A stretch of DNA of 64,000 bases from the human T2T-CHM13v2.0 reference genome, Homo sapiens (GCF_009914755.1 NC_060930.1); one strand, 5' to 3'; shown: positions 40,675 through 56,687, counted from the stretch's first letter. Numbers and translations: made by a program. The notes: generated by a model from the letters alone, not told the origin.

Positions 40675-41186
40675 TAGTAGACTGGTCAGAAAATAGCCCC
40701 CATTTTCTGATGTGGACATCGTAATTCCCACAATCTGTGAATATATTATTTTATTTGGCAAAAGGGGAATTAGGGTTGCAGGTGCAAAAGATTGCTAATC
40801 ATCTGAACTTGAGATGGCATTATCCTTCATTATTTGGGTACAGCTAATCTAGTCACATAAGTCCTTATAAATAGAAGAAGAGGGAAAAGAGAGTCAGAGG
40901 GATGCACGAGAGACTCGACCCCCTGTTGCTATCTTTGAAGATGGAACAAGAAGTTCATGAGCCAAAGAATGTGGTAGCCTCTACAAGCTTGAATGGCAAG
41001 GAAAGGGATTCTTTCCTAGAGCCTCCAGAAAGGAATGTCATCCAGTCCAATACCTGGCCTTGATCTTAGCATATTAAGACCCATGTCAACACTCCTGACA
41101 TGCAAAACTGTAAGGTAATAAATTTACGTTGTTTTAAGCAACTAAATTTGTGATAGTTTGTTATGGCAAAATAGAGAACTGCTACA
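40675..41186 (+). mobile_element. MLT1C/D-type MaLR LTR
   Basis: TTTGGCAAAAGGGGAATTAGGGTTGCAG...TCCTAGAGCCTCCAGAAAGGAA...GTAATAAATTTACGTTGTTTTAAGC. Confidence 0.8.
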
Positions 41187-41837
41187 TTTAGCAAAACATA
41201 ATGTACTCTATGACTTTAAAATTATCTTCCCATTGTTTCAGTTTAGCACTAAATATTTATTGATTTTCCATGACGTTCCAAGCTTGTGCTAGATTCTAGG
41301 GACATAAAAATGAGCAAGTCACATTTCCCAGTTCCTTTGTTTTCATCATTGTTGCTTTAAAAACACTGGATGGATTTCAACATTAGAATATTTCCTGAAA
41401 GTATGACATATTTGTTTTAGTAAGGTTACAATTCTTACTTCTGCATCTCCTGCCTTTAAAAATTTATACATAAAAGTAGAAGTCACAATGAGATGAATTA
41501 GACACATAAAGTTTAAATGTACCTAATAACATCTAATATGATGTCATAAAATTTCCTTTTATAATAACTATTTGCATTAAGTTTAAAGGTTATATTTATA
41601 ACTGTAGAGTGGTGATATTCCATAAAGCTTTCATATTGCTATAGATGCCCAACCTTTGGCTACAAAAAAAATTTGAAAGTATTCATTGCAAGGAGACAGT
41701 CTACTTGCAAACAATATATACTTAATGTGTAATGTAAGGTCTTCACCACTGATATTCCCTATGTTTCCCTCCCATAGTTTGCTATTGTCGTAATTCTGTC
41801 ACATAAGAAATGGTATTTTACTATCATTGCTGTAGGC

Positions 41838-42039
41838 CAGAGGTTGGCAAGCATTTTCTGTAAAGGACTGCCTAATATATATTTTTGATTTTGTGAGTCC
41901 CTCACTCTCTCTCTTTGCAACCACTCAGCTCTATCCTTATAGTGTGAAAATGGTTATAAGCAATAGATAGACAAATATATAGATGAATTGGCCTGTAAAA
42001 GGCAAGATTTGGCCGATGGGTCATAGTTTGCTGATCACT
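41838..42039. mobile_element. MER58A (hAT-Charlie)
   Basis: CAGAGGTTGGCAAGCATTTTCTGTAAAGG...CATAGTTTGCTGATCACT degenerate TIRs. Confidence 0.75.
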
Positions 42040-42179
42040 CTTTTCAATAATCAGTTGTTTTTCACAGTGATTAAAAGTAAGAATGTTTTTTACATTTATT
42101 CCATTTCTACTGTTCCCCATCCATATTTTAATGTAGATCCAAGTGTATGTCTAATATCATATTCTTTCTCTCTTAAAAA

Positions 42180-43480
<1,301 letters not shown>

Positions 43481-44438
43481 AGCTTGCCTTTTTTTCTCTT
43501 AAAGCTTTAGTTTGAAAGAATGTTTGAGATGTTCAAAAGAAGCTCTAAATTTCCTATGAACACATAACAAGTTTTCTGGGGCTCAAGGTATCCAAATTTA
43601 TCCATCATTATACTGTCTTCTTGTTATTAAGTGTTATTTATAATCACTTTTTAGGTGTTTTACTCTGCATGATGCATTCTCTCATTTGTGCTTTTTAAAA
43701 CAGGCCTTATCCTACATTTTACAGATGTGGAAACTTAAGTAAAATAACTTACCTAAAGATACTCATCTATCAAATAACAGAATAAGAACTCGATTCTCTA
43801 GGCCTATCTGATTTTTATACCCTATATTCTTAACTGTTATCCTATTTGAATGCATCACTTTACTAACAACAAAAAAAATTGACTATCAATTATATTGAAG
43901 GTCCTGTAATAAGTGGCATGGAGGGGTGACATGAGCAACATGACATGAGTTTTTGCATTTAGTTTGCTAATATTTCAAGAATGGACTTCAAAGAGCATCC
44001 TAGAGTTTGCTAAGCAATTAGGATGACAGAAATACAGAGTAATAGATTTTACTTATAAGTGATACTCAGTTGGCTTATTTTATAGACACTTCTCTGGTTA
44101 CTATCAAGGATTCACTGCCATTGTAAATTCCCAACACTCCTCAGAAGTACAACAATCACTGGCGTGGTTCCCAGGCTAGTATTTATTCAGTGCCACAGTC
44201 CAGAAGACACTGTATAATGATTAATTGGGCTGTGGATCACAGTATAGGGATAGAATTAGATATCTGGAAGTCATAATTGATGCAATAAAGAAGCTGAAAT
44301 ATAACAACATTGTAAGGGAGAAGAAAGAACATTCCTCCAAAGCCATAGAGTATACTTGCAAAGAGGATAAAAGAGGAAGAGAAATTACTAGACCAAGAAT
44401 GGGATGGTTAATTTATTAGGAGAATCAGAATAATATGG

Positions 44439-44630
44439 CAGCGCTATCCAGTAGAATTTTCTGTGATGATGAAAATATTCTCTATCTGTGCTGCCTAAAA
44501 CAGTAGATACATAGTCATATGTGGCTATTGAACACTTGAAACGTAGCTAGTTGAGTGTGCAAGAAAACTTAATTCTTTTAAATTTTAATTTATATGGTAG
44601 ATATGGGTATTATTTTGGAGAGCATAGGAC
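44439..44630. mobile_element. MER3-like hAT-Charlie element
   Basis: CAGCGCTATCCAGTAGAATTTTCTGTGATGATGAAAATATTCT...ATGTGGCTATTGAACACTTGAAA. Confidence 0.75.
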
Positions 44631-44706
44631 TAGAATGTAATCAAGCTTGAGGAAGAGAGTAAAGAAATGGTGGAATGGAGATGATAGTATAAAGATGGAA
44701 AAGACT

Positions 44707-45049
<343 letters not shown>

Positions 45050-46819
45050 CTAGGAGAGGGGTATGGTTGAAGAGGGAGGGAAAAATGTGAGGGAAAAAAC
45101 AGAGAATGTTGTAGTTAAAGGAACGAATATTTCTTGAATACTGTAGTCTAGTAAGTGGAATTTTATGTGTGTACTTAAAATATATCCTGAAAGGTAAGAA
45201 TAATCTGTGTTTTGATGGTGAGGCCACAGAAGCAAGAAGTTAACTTGCCCTTAGTTCATGTAGCTGATAAGTGGTGAGATATTTGAATACATGTTCAAAG
45301 CGCATGCATATTCTACTATACTGCCCTGCCTCTCACAAAAAGAAATAGAAGAGTGGTAGATGAATTAGGAAAAGGGCAAAAGTAATGATTTTCTGCATTT
45401 TTCAAGGTAAGTGCTTTTTATCTTTTTTAAACTATGAAGGTAATTTTTAGAAGTGTGTGTAATGGCGATACCTGAAGTTGTTGCATGTTGCTGTTGTCTT
45501 GTTTCTGCCAATTCTTGTGCATGGTGTTTTATTCTTTGTGTTCTTAATTATCTTTGATTGTATACTATTTATTGTTCTTTATGAAATACTTTTTGTAAAT
45601 AATTTGAGGCCCAGGAAGAAGATGCCTTCCTCCAGAAAGGATTTTCTTTTGCTTCTGCCTGGTGACTGTTTAGAATACCATTTCTGGTTACCTTAAATTA
45701 GGTCTAAAGCTAGAGGATTGTACAAGCATTGTGAACCTGCAGTTTAATTCACTGCTTTTGAGAGTTGGTTTACTTGTACCAATTTTGCTTGGGGCAAACA
45801 GACCTCCTTGCTCACTTATCTTTCTGGTTTCACATTTTCCCTTCAATTTGGCCAGGACATTTCTTACTCTCTTCAGCTCTTTAAGACATTTTCTCCCCGT
45901 GTTTTATATAATAATAATGGTTATTTTCATGGAGAGTGCTTGGTTTACTATTAGACCAACTGTTATTTTAGACTAGTCTGCTATTATTAGAAACAGGAAT
46001 CTTGTTTTGTTTTTACTTTTATGGAAGAATGTTTTGCTTATAATTTTCATGTGATTCATAGCATAATCTTTCTGTTGTTTAATATTTTTTCTTATTTTGT
46101 TCCTTTCATTTTCTGCATAAAATAATTTTTTCGTAGGTCCCATGTTGAGAAAACTTTTTGTTGTCATTCTTATTTTCATTGGTGATATTCTTCTTATAAG
46201 CTGGGCTAGTAATCTTACAAGATTGTAAGTGATCGCTTATAAAATGTTGGATTGTCTCCAGACACTTTTCTCACCAGCATTTCTCTCTAGGATATGCCTT
46301 CCTCTGGCTAGCCAGTTTCCCTAAAGCCTCATATGTTATAGGTTATTTTTTCTATGTTTCGTTCTAGTTGCCATTCTTATTTTCAGAGTGGATAGGGGAC
46401 ATAAGGATTATTTTTCCATTAACTTTGATTTTGTTGTCCTAGATGGGACTTACTTATTTGTACATGGCGGCTAGCACAAAACTTAGGTCTTAAAATTTAG
46501 TTCTCCAGCAGTTTCTTACCTTCAATTTCTTAATTTCCATATGCTTCTCTTTTGGTACCATTATTATTTATTTCTCTGCCTTAAAGAGTCTGTTTATTTA
46601 TCTAGAAATTTGTGCAATCTTTCTAATGACTGTCCATTTCTTTGTATACGTAATGAGGCTTTGAATTAATTCATCTTAAATATTCCGTCTCCAGTTAGTG
46701 ATTTTCATGTAATTTATGCTTCTAACACATAATTTATCAGTTCAAAAATAAGTAGGCAGGCACTACAGAGAGGAACAGTAATTATTTTACTATGTTAGAA
46801 TCTTCTGTTAAAAGGTATT

Positions 46820-47475
46820 GATCTACACAAAAACAGCATATAAATGTTTATAGCAGTTTTACTCATAATGGGCAAAAATTGGAAGCAACCAAGATGTCCT
46901 TCATTAGGTGAATGTATAAAATAAATACAATGGCATATTATGCAGCAGTAAAAAGAAATGAGCTATCAAGTTATGAAAAGGTATGAAGGAACCTAAAAAT
47001 TCAAGTTGCTAAATGAATGAAGCCAGTTCTAAAAAGCTACATACTTTGTAATTCCAACTATATGACCTTCTGGAAAAGGCAAAATTATAGGCAGCAAAAA
47101 GCTTAGTTATTGGCAGGGGTGAGGGGGAGAGGGAACGGGGATGAATCAGTATAGCACAGGAGGTTTATAGAGCTGGTAAAACTAGTTTTTCAGCTACTCT
47201 AATGGAGAGCATATGGTATAATAGATTTGTCAAAACCTGTCGAACTGTACAACACAAAGTGTCAACCCTGATGTAAACTATGGACTTTAGTGAATAAAAA
47301 TCTTTCAATATTGGGTCATCAATTGTAGCAAATGAAAGATGTTAATTATAGGAGAAACCGTGTGGAGGGTTGGGGCAGGTAGGAGGAAGAGTATATGAGA
47401 ACTCCATATTTTCTTTGCTATTTTTATGTAAACCTAAAACTTACTCTAAAATGTAAAGTCTGTTCACTTTTACAA
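46820..47475 (+). mobile_element. L1MB/MC 3' end
   Basis: AATGTTTATAGCAGTTTTACTCATAAT...GGAAGCAACCAAGATGTCCTTCA...ATGTAAACTATGGACTTTAG. Confidence 0.8.
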
Positions 47476-47677
47476 AAGCTTATTAATGCCTGATAAAGAG
47501 GTCATAAATATTGACAAAGTGATCAAATAGCCATATGTATTCTGAAGGAACTTAACAAAACCACCTCGTATAAATATGTTCTTCTATTGTTAACTCTTTG
47601 GTACTTACTGTGCCTTTTTAAGAATATCTGCATTCATGTTCTTGTCTTTTCCCTTTCTTTTTGGTCTTTTCTATTAG

Positions 47678-47787
47678 GTGTACTAGCCCTCTCTTGGTAC
47701 CCACCTGATGTAAATGATGAAAATGGAGAACCTACTGATAACTTGGTACCCACTATTTTGGATAAAGCTCATAAATATAACCTAAAG
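47678..47787 (+). CDS. MANEA: MANEA coding exon 3 (GVLALSWYPPDVNDENGEPTDNLVPTILDKAHKYNLK)
   Basis: Long polypyrimidine tract + TAG 47675-47677; donor AAG|GTATTT; 110 nt, phase 1 to 0. Confidence 0.96.
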
Positions 47788-49149
47788 GTATTTTATTTTA
47801 TTTTCAAGCTATACATAAGTTAATTCTTTTGGACAAGAGGAGAGTAATAACAATTTTTGAAATAGTAATTTTAATTAAAAATGATAATGACTTAGAATCT
47901 TTTAAATACTATATTTCATAAAGAAAATTTCTATAATAGGAATTTCAATCTTATCTAAATTATATTTTAGAGATTCTTTACTATGTTTCTAATGTTTTAT
48001 TTTTTTATAGTAGAAAGGGATTGAAAGGTTCTTTTGTGAAGATAATATAGTAGTGAAGATTTATATGTCTAAATATCTTAGATGTCAAAAATCTAAAAAC
48101 AAGTATTAACCATGTAACTTTGCATATTTATAAAGTAGTTAAAAAATAAACTTGCTCAAATATTTTTCAAAATCCAATTTTCATTTAAACCTTATTTAAT
48201 GTGCATACACATACACACCTGAGTAAATATAGAATACAGCAGAAAGATCAAGTATATTTGATGCAGAAATTAATGTGTGTTGCAAATGAGGGAACACTTC
48301 TGACAGTCTTAAGATTTTATTTCTTTTAGAAATTAATGAATCATGGAAACAAATAGGAGTGATGATTAAAAGTATTTAAATAGCACTACAAAAGAAAATT
48401 TTATACTGAATAGCAAGTAAATAAGCACTGTTTTTAATATCCAAAGATACATTTTAAAAATTGGTCATGTATTAGGTAGCAACATTAATTCTAATAAATT
48501 CATAAAAATTATAACCATAGAGTCTGCATTCTCTGACCACATTCAGTACCATGGAATGTTAATAATTAAGTCCAAACCATTTAGAAAGTATAAAATTATT
48601 AAAATTTTAATAACATAATTGAGAATAACTCTGAAATTTAAGTGATATAAATAGCACTGAGATTATTGCATTATCAATACCAATGGGACCTAAATAATAA
48701 GACATAGTAGAAGAAAGAACTATGATAGATGAAGTGTGAAATTAATTAAATAGTATACAAGTCCTTCAAAATCAGTAGTCTGGATAAATTAATCTTTACT
48801 ATTGTCCACTTTTGGGGAAAAAACAATAGGCAAGCCATTGGTGAGATTAAAAAAGAAAAGAAATTGAGAAAACATATCAGCAAAAATTGAAAAGAAATAT
48901 ACCTATAGTTTCAGAAGAGAGTTTAAGATTTTATATCAGTCTATTTAAAATTTATATGGTAGTTTTATAGGAAAATACTAAAATTAATTTTTTTTGGTGC
49001 AGAAAGAGGTTTAAAGAATCTGAATTGACTATCCTAGAAAAAAACGTATAAAAGATAATTGAACAAATGTCTTCCCCAAAGTGTCAGGTTTACCTCTCAG
49101 TTGTATTCAGAATAGTTGATTTTTATGATAACTGAAATACAGTGTCAAG

Positions 49150-49673
49150 TATACTCACTATCTATTGCTGCATAACAAATTATTCCAAAACTTGGTAGCT
49201 TAAAACAATAAACATTTGTTACCTCACACAATTTCTAAGGGTCAAGCATCTGGAAGTGGCTTATTTGGGAGTGTCTGGTTCAGGGTCTCTGAAGGAGGTT
49301 ACAGGCAAGCTATTGGCTGGTGCTGTAGTCATCTGAGGCTAGAGGATCCACTAACAGACTTTCTCATGTGGTGGATGACAGACCTCAGTTCTTTGCAGCA
49401 GGTGAACTGGAGACTCTGTACTTCTATATATGGGCCTCCAGCTTCACTAGAGTGAAAGATCTGAGAGAGAGTCTAATATAGGGGCTACAGGGTTGTTTTT
49501 GTTTGTTTTGTTTTTTGACATAAATCTTGGCAATGACGTGTTAATACTTCTGTCCCATTCTGTTGTTTTATCTACGGATAAAACAACCATGGCACAATGT
49601 GGGAGGGAACTGCAAAGTTATGAATACCAGGAGATGGGTATCGGGGGGCCATCTTGAAGAATGGCAACCACAG
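49150..49673 (-). mobile_element. MLT1F/G/H-type MaLR LTR
   Basis: TCTATTGCTGCATAACAAATTATTCCAAAACTTGGTAGCTTAAAACAA...GGCAACCACA. Confidence 0.75.
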
Positions 49674-49859
49674 AAAACTTCCAAATTTATTCCACAATAG
49701 CACAATTTTTATTTAAAACTAAGAAAGGATAGAACAAGAAAGAGACAGACTAATCTTACCAATGAAAATAGATTCAAAATTCCTAGAGGGAATTTTGAGA
49801 AGAAGTGTTTATTAGCAAGGATTTAAGAATGGTTCCAATCATATGAAATCTGAATCTAA

Positions 49860-50050
49860 ATTCAGGTCTGCATTCAATCCTGGCTCAACCACCTTGTAGC
49901 TTTATAAATGACTTGTGTCTCAGCTTCTTCATCTCTAAAATAGAAATAGCAACAAAACCTTCCTTACACACAGAATGGTTATAAAGATTATATTAGATAA
50001 TATATGTAAAACATAGATTGCTGTCTGGCACAGAGTAAGCACTAAGTAAA
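49860..50050 (+). mobile_element. MIR
   Basis: TTCAATCCTGGCTC...TCTCAGCTTCTTCATCTCTAAAATAG...TGGCACAGAGTAAGCACT. Confidence 0.7.
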
Positions 50051-50225
50051 TAAAACTTCATTGATTATTTAAAGAAGGTAAAACATGGTTATCTTAAGAG
50101 ATACTGAAAATTTTAGGAAATAAAAATTCATTGTTAATGAAGTCCTTAGTAACCAAAGTTCTTTAGCTTGATAAAGGGTGTCTCTTAGTATCTTATTTCA
50201 AACACTATATCTGATGGATATACTA

Positions 50226-50373
50226 CACCTGTAGTCCCAGCTACTACTCAGGAGGCTGAGGCATGAGAATTGCTTGAACCTGGGAGGCAGAGATTGCAGT
50301 GAGCTGAGATTGGTGCCACTGCACTCCAGCCTGGGCGACAGAGTGAGAGTCTATCTCAAAAAAAAAAAAAAAA
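50226..50373 (+). mobile_element. 5'-truncated Alu (right monomer)
   Basis: CACCTGTAGTCCCAGCTACT...TCTCAAAAAAAA. Confidence 0.9.
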
Positions 50374-52239
50374 GTGATGTAGGTTCTTTTAACTAGAGAC
50401 CACTCTGAGATTGCAACCACTCTTAAAATTTGCTGAAGCTTTTTATTTGCTCTGTAACTTCTTGCAGTTATATTCTAATGGAGGACAATCTGGTTTGTCC
50501 AATACTGGTAATTGAGCCCTGTAAGATATGTTATGGACCACTGTTGAAATATTTCGTTTCAAATAAAAATGTGAAACATTAGTTTTGTCTTAATTTTCCT
50601 TTTGCAGCCTAGAGATTGAGTAGTTATTGGAGAATAGAAATGGAACTGTAGGGAGTGAGAAAGAGCTAAATAGGCAAGCATTTTTTTATTTCTGTCCATA
50701 AAGCTGCCTCTTCTTTCTGATTTACTATCCTGAAACTGTTAAGACAGCATCTCTCAAATTAGCTGTCTAGCAAGAGCTGTCACCTGCCATGTCCCTTGGT
50801 GCCTTTCAGTGAGTTCTTATTGGCATTTGAAATCTGCAAATAGGCAAGCCTCCAGGTTCTGGTGCCCAGGCTGAGGTTGGGTAAGTGATTGATTTATCTT
50901 CCACAAAACAAGCCCAAGAGCTGCTTTTCTGTCCAGGCCCTGCCAAAATCCTGGAAGATGGAAGCTCAAGAAACTGGCTATTTTAGTACTTTCAGGAAGT
51001 TTTGAAAGAGAAAATGAAAATGTTATGATATATGAGGATTGGTTGGCTTTTTCTCCTGTTTAAAGTGTCTGTGTAGAGAAGGAGAGTGTGGCAAAGAGCT
51101 CGACCACTAATTGCCTATTTAATGTTGCCAGCATACTTGATCTCTCTGTGCTAGGGATTTTATATCTAATGATCAGAAAAACTTGGAACACGATAGACTA
51201 ATGTTTTCCAAAATTTTTAGAACAGTTTCTTGGCCTCGTGTATGGTGAGGAACTATGTATAGACAAAGAATAGACCTGGAATCATGAGACTGGAGCTTGT
51301 TCTAACTGAGTAGCTCTGGAATCTTATATTAGTTCCTTGATCTTCTTGGCTTATCCCCTTCATTTGTACAATGACAATGAAACCATAAGATAGTTTTATT
51401 GGATTTGTCTATGATTTCTGTTGTTGTGGAACAGACATTTTTCCTAACTCAATAAAATGCAGTAAATCCTGTTTTTTTAAAGAATGGAAAACTTTCCCTT
51501 TTCTTGCTAATATAAGGAAATTTTAATATGTTTAATGAATGACAGTACCTTACTAGAATTATTCAGTGTGCTAAGGCAATCTGATAGGAAAAGATTAATG
51601 ATGTTGTAGATTGTGTGCTGACAAATTGGAGCCTCCAATGCACATAACTGACCACATCTAAAACTTTTAAGTGTAAAATGCGTTCATTAGTAACATCTCT
51701 TTTTTCTTGCTAGTCTTCAAAGCATGGAAATACTAAATGGATGGAGAATTTTTAGGGAATGAATCCGTCTCACAGTTAAACTTTTGTTATAGTTCATTCA
51801 TTTTGATTATATAATGTTTTTACTAATATTAGTCATTAAATATTTTGTAATTGTAATTTTGATTTGTTAACTTCAACCAAGAGTTATTTTAAGTAAGTGC
51901 CTTTTAAATTATAAACAAACATGCAAGAAAAGGAAATGATTGGTGCTTTAGTTATTTTTCATTATCTTTAGCAAATGTGACTAGGTTTTTTTTTGGAAGT
52001 GTAAATGAGTGAAACTAAAATTTAAATCTTGATTTTTCAAAGCGATTTAGTTTCTGTTCTTTTAAAGTATACTTGTCTGCATGTTTGCTAGAGCAAAGGC
52101 TGTTGCACTTATAACTGTCATTTAGTAGGCTGGTTTTGCAGAGAGTGTAAAAATCAGGGCTGGATTCCTTCCTCTATATCCTGCACCATTAAGAACACAG
52201 CAACGGAACAATTTTTTGAGTAAGACATGACAGAAATAT

Positions 52240-52610
52240 TTGGTAGATTCCGTCATTGTTTAGCAAATAATCTGGTTTTCCTTCCCCTGCATGCAAAGAG
52301 TAAGTATACTTCCTGCCCTGTTGTTGTTGGGTTTGGCCTTATGGCTTGCTTTGGCTGATGAGATGTGAGAAGAGATAATGTATACTATGTGCTTGCATGA
52401 TTATGCTCTTATTCTCTTTTATAAGAAAAGCATGCCCCTTTCTGCCTAGGACTCAGAATGACAGACACGTGGAGCTGATTTGAACCAGCCTGGAGCAGAA
52501 CCATCATAAGCCAGTTCATAGATTTTATGTTCGAAAAGCAAATGTTTGTCTTTTAGAGCCACTGAGATTGTGGGGTTGTTACATGGCATTATCTAATCAA
52601 AACTTGACTG
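52240..52610 (+). mobile_element. Old MLT1 (H-J-like) LTR
   Basis: GGCTTGCTTTGGCTGATGAGATGTGAG...GCCACTGAGATTGTGGGGTTGTTAC. Confidence 0.6.
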
Positions 52611-53109
52611 AATTAAATCATTCATCTAAGTAAAAGAAAATTAGGCAGATTCAGTGATTTTTTTTTTTTTTTTTTTTTTTTTGCTTAGGATTATAGGGGA
52701 AAGAACCAACTCAGCCCTGGTGATCTTCTTTCATTTTAATAAATTTAGTATGTTATTTTAAAGTAGCATATTTTCTTTCTACTTTATGCAGAAATCACAT
52801 TTCTTATACTAGGTTTATCAACATCCATTATTTCTTTGCATATGGCTCTAGAGTCATTTTATCTGCTTTTCAGGCTTATGCAGATTTCAACCATGTGAAA
52901 CATGAATATAAGTATGTCCGTGATTCTTTTTTAAATGATTTTCACCTACATTTGAAACATGTTATATTAGTCATGGCCTCTCCTTTTTCTTTTTCCTTGT
53001 TAAATGAATATTGTGAATTCATGGCAGAAACTTTGGGAATCTTACCTAAATCCAGTATAAGTGACAGACTTAAGAGTTTAACTGTTGTTTGTTTTTGCAT
53101 GCAAATCAT

Positions 53110-53420
53110 TAGTCCATTTATTTATGCATGCATTCATTCATTTAGCACCTGCTACGTGTCAGATACAGTCCCAGATGCTGACAATATTAAGAAGAAGGAT
53201 GAAGTATTATCTCTTTCCCTAAAATGCCTTGTAATCTACTGGAGGTCAGACACAAAGACAAGTAAATTTCAGGAAGAGAAAAGTATGAGGTATTATGGCA
53301 CCACATAGGAGTAGGAAGACCTACCTCAATTTTGTTGTGGCAGGGGATAGGGGAGTGTGCAGGGGTGAAGGTAGAGAATAGAGTTGGAGAAGGAGAAAGT
53401 TATCAGATTTTCATTCAAAA
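53110..53420 (-). mobile_element. L2 3' remnant
   Basis: CATTCATTCATTTAGCACCTGCTACGTGTCAG. Confidence 0.65.
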
Positions 53421-53676
53421 AAGTTCATTTTATTAAAATTTATTTATTAAAGTTATTAAAATGCAGGGTAGGGAAGAGACAGGAAAGGTCAAAATTAAAA
53501 ACATGAAATGAGGGAATGTTTATATTCTTATTCTTTAAAGATAAGAAAGACATTTCATTTTATGTATAGAATTCTGTTATTTTAAAATTTATTTTAACAT
53601 TGATCTAATTGATTTTTCCAAATGGAATAGAGAGATGGAGACTAGATCACATCATTAATTAAAATTGCAAAGTAAT

Positions 53677-53992
<316 letters not shown>

Positions 53993-54996
53993 GCAAAGTA
54001 ATTTTATTATAATTAAGAAATTAGAAATACATGAGGGAAAATTTTAAATATTTTATACTTATCAATACTATATTTACTTTAAATATATTGATCTGCGCTT
54101 TACAAAAATAGCATGCTATTTGTTGTTTGCAGCTGTAAAAGCAAATTCATTTTGATATAGGATATTTCAAGTTGGATATTGCTTAAATATGGTGTCCTTT
54201 ATGTATAAAATGGAAATTTAGAAAACACAGTGATGTAACTGAAGGAAGAATTACCCAAGGAAACATTATGTAATAGTATGAAAATACCTATACACTAGGC
54301 AATTTGCTTTCAACTGAATTTAAAAAGCAAATACCAAAGTTATTGAGAAATCTAGCTGCCCTAGCAGTTACTACCCTGGCAATACTAACAATATGCTGCA
54401 AAAATTAATTTGACCTTAGTTTTTTATGACAGAAACTTACTTTTATAATATTACTGTAATCTCATTTAAAGTAGAAAATTATATTTTTTTTAAATATTAT
54501 TTAACTTTAAAATTAATTATGTGAAAACAAGTAGCACTGATTAATGTAAAATACATTTTGCTTTAATTGGGTAATTGAAAACAGAGGAGTTTCATATTGC
54601 AATAGAAGTCTCTAGTTCCATAAATACATCATAGAGCCTGAAACCTAAAATTAAAACAGTATCAATACATTTATTAGACTGCCATAAAGATTTTTAGTTG
54701 ATGTTGGTAAGTCAGTAAAACTAGGAATAAAAGTGAAAATCCTCATTCTTTGTTTTATGAATCTGAAATAGATTGTCATCTAAGAGAAGTATCTTCTGTA
54801 TTTTTTACCTTACTAGTTAGAAGTAGCATACAGAATGGTTTTACTAGCCATAATTAGTTTGTCTTGATTTATGTATAGCCAACCTTAAGTTAAAAAATTT
54901 TAGTCTGTGCACAGTATTTTAAAAATATTTGTAATTACTGCTCTCTATGTTTACATATATATATATAATGTATGTATGTGTGCGTATATATGTATG

Positions 54997-54999
<3 letters not shown>

Positions 55000-55035
<36 letters not shown>
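55000..55035 (+). repeat. (TG)17 microsatellite with upstream TA/TG tract
   Basis: Perfect TG run 55001-55034. Confidence 0.95.
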
Positions 55036-55038
<3 letters not shown>

Positions 55039-55399
55039 GGATATCCAAACCATAAATACCTAGGCATCATGAAAAATGTCCTTTATAACACTAGTGGATA
55101 TTATTTTTAAGCGATTTCATTATAAATTCTTTAATAGAAGTTAATGTATATTATTTTGTAAAATGCTGTTTTAATGATATGGAAGAATTTATATGTAAAT
55201 AAATTTGCTAATGACTTCTATTTAAATTTAAGCTTAATGGTCACATGCCTGAAAAAAATCCAGATTTTTCTGGACCATATTTTTTTGGTCTTTTTCCTAA
55301 AAGAAACATATATCTGAATATAGAGTATTTCCTATATATATTATATGGGATACAAATATGTAAGAAACATTTTTATAAGGAGTAAACATAAAAAGAAGC

Positions 55400-55610
55400 A
55401 TTGCACAGCAGTTAAGCATTTGAACTCGGAATTCAGATCATCAATATTACCTCCAACAAACTGGGTGACCTGGAACAACTTACTGAACCTTTCTTAAGGT
55501 TCTGTCTATCTTTGATTACCTCACTAAGAAAACAGAAATACCTTAGGGAGTTGTGAAGATTAACCAAGATAATAATATAAAATGTTTAGCATGTTATTTA
55601 GCAGTAAATT
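55400..55610 (+). mobile_element. MIR
   Basis: GGGTGACCTGGAACAACTTACTGAACCT...GTTGTGAAGATTAA. Confidence 0.6.
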
Positions 55611-55766
55611 TTATTGGTAAAAATTCTCTGGTAGTTTCTGTGTTCAATAAATATTCATCTTTAATTAAGGTGATTAAATCAGTTACTTTATTAAATATAT
55701 TAAGTATACTTCTAATTTTACATTATAGATAATTTATCCCCTAACTGATTTTATTGTTTGTTTTAG

Positions 55767-55843
55767 GTTACTTTTCACATAGAACCATATAGCAATCGAG
55801 ATGATCAAAACATGTACAAAAATGTCAAGTATATTATAGACAA
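55767..55843 (+). CDS. MANEA: MANEA coding exon 4 (VTFHIEPYSNRDDQNMYKNVKYIIDK); absent from the ORF track
   Basis: Branch point CTAAC 55741-55745, ttttAG 55765-55766, donor AA|GTGAGT; GH99 FHIEPY motif; 77 nt, phase 0 to 2. Confidence 0.96.
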
Positions 55844-56687
55844 GTGAGTTTCTTCAATATTTATAAATATTGTTATATTATCCAGTGATAATTATTGTTT
55901 TAAGAATAGTACATTAAATTATATTTGAGATTTGAATGATTTATGATTATTCCATTTTTAATAAAATTAAATTGTTATTGTAATGAATGTCACCATCATT
56001 TCGAAGAACATTGCTGAAGTTTCTTATAATTCACTTTCTTTTTGGAAGATTGCTGTTTTTACTGTTTTACAGGTTTATAGGCTATTTATGATTTCTGTAG
56101 TTTTGATATTTTAAAATGACATTATTTTCTAAACCTTCAGAATATAGCTTTATCTTTTTAAAAAGAAGGTTCAGATTATTAAAAGTGAACTACTTCTTTT
56201 AACACAGTAGACCCAGAGCTGATATTTTCATTTATATCTAGCCTGATCAAAAAGAATTTATTAATACAGTTTTCATTTTTTGAAAGAATTTTACTGATAA
56301 TAGTCTGTGACAGATGCCATAGTCTTACAAAGAAACTTGTCAGCAACAGTAGAACATTTATCACTGATAGATAAAAAAGCAGTTTAGGTATTATGTAGAG
56401 TATTATTTATAATGTAGAGACATAGGCTTTTTATGGCATTAGTCATCATTTGTAAACCTCAATATGAGATGGTTAATACTTGTTTGGTAATGCATCCAGT
56501 ATCTCATTTTCTAATGTGTAAAATTAAAAATGCATTTTTAATTATTACACTTACACAACTGATTCCCCTAAGAAATGGAGCAGTGTGCTCAAACTGCACT
56601 GACTCCTTCATTTTCAGTAAACAGTTTTTGTCTGTGGCAAATTAGTTGTGAATATTCATTTCACTTTTATATATGCTTATTTTCTAG

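Noticed and set aside
47587-47677. Hydrophobic N-terminus of the 78-aa ORF
   Set aside because: It is the polypyrimidine tract of intron 2.
52895-53308. 137-aa intronic ORF
   Set aside because: Non-ATG start, overlaps an L2 remnant, no recognisable motif.
55250-55274. Small overlapping inverted repeats (TCCAGA-TTTT-TCTGGA)
   Set aside because: 6-7 bp stems are expected by chance in 64 kb.
56575-56687. N-terminal part of the 256-aa ORF
   Set aside because: Intron 4 sequence upstream of the acceptor at 56687; the true frame is entered from exon 4.
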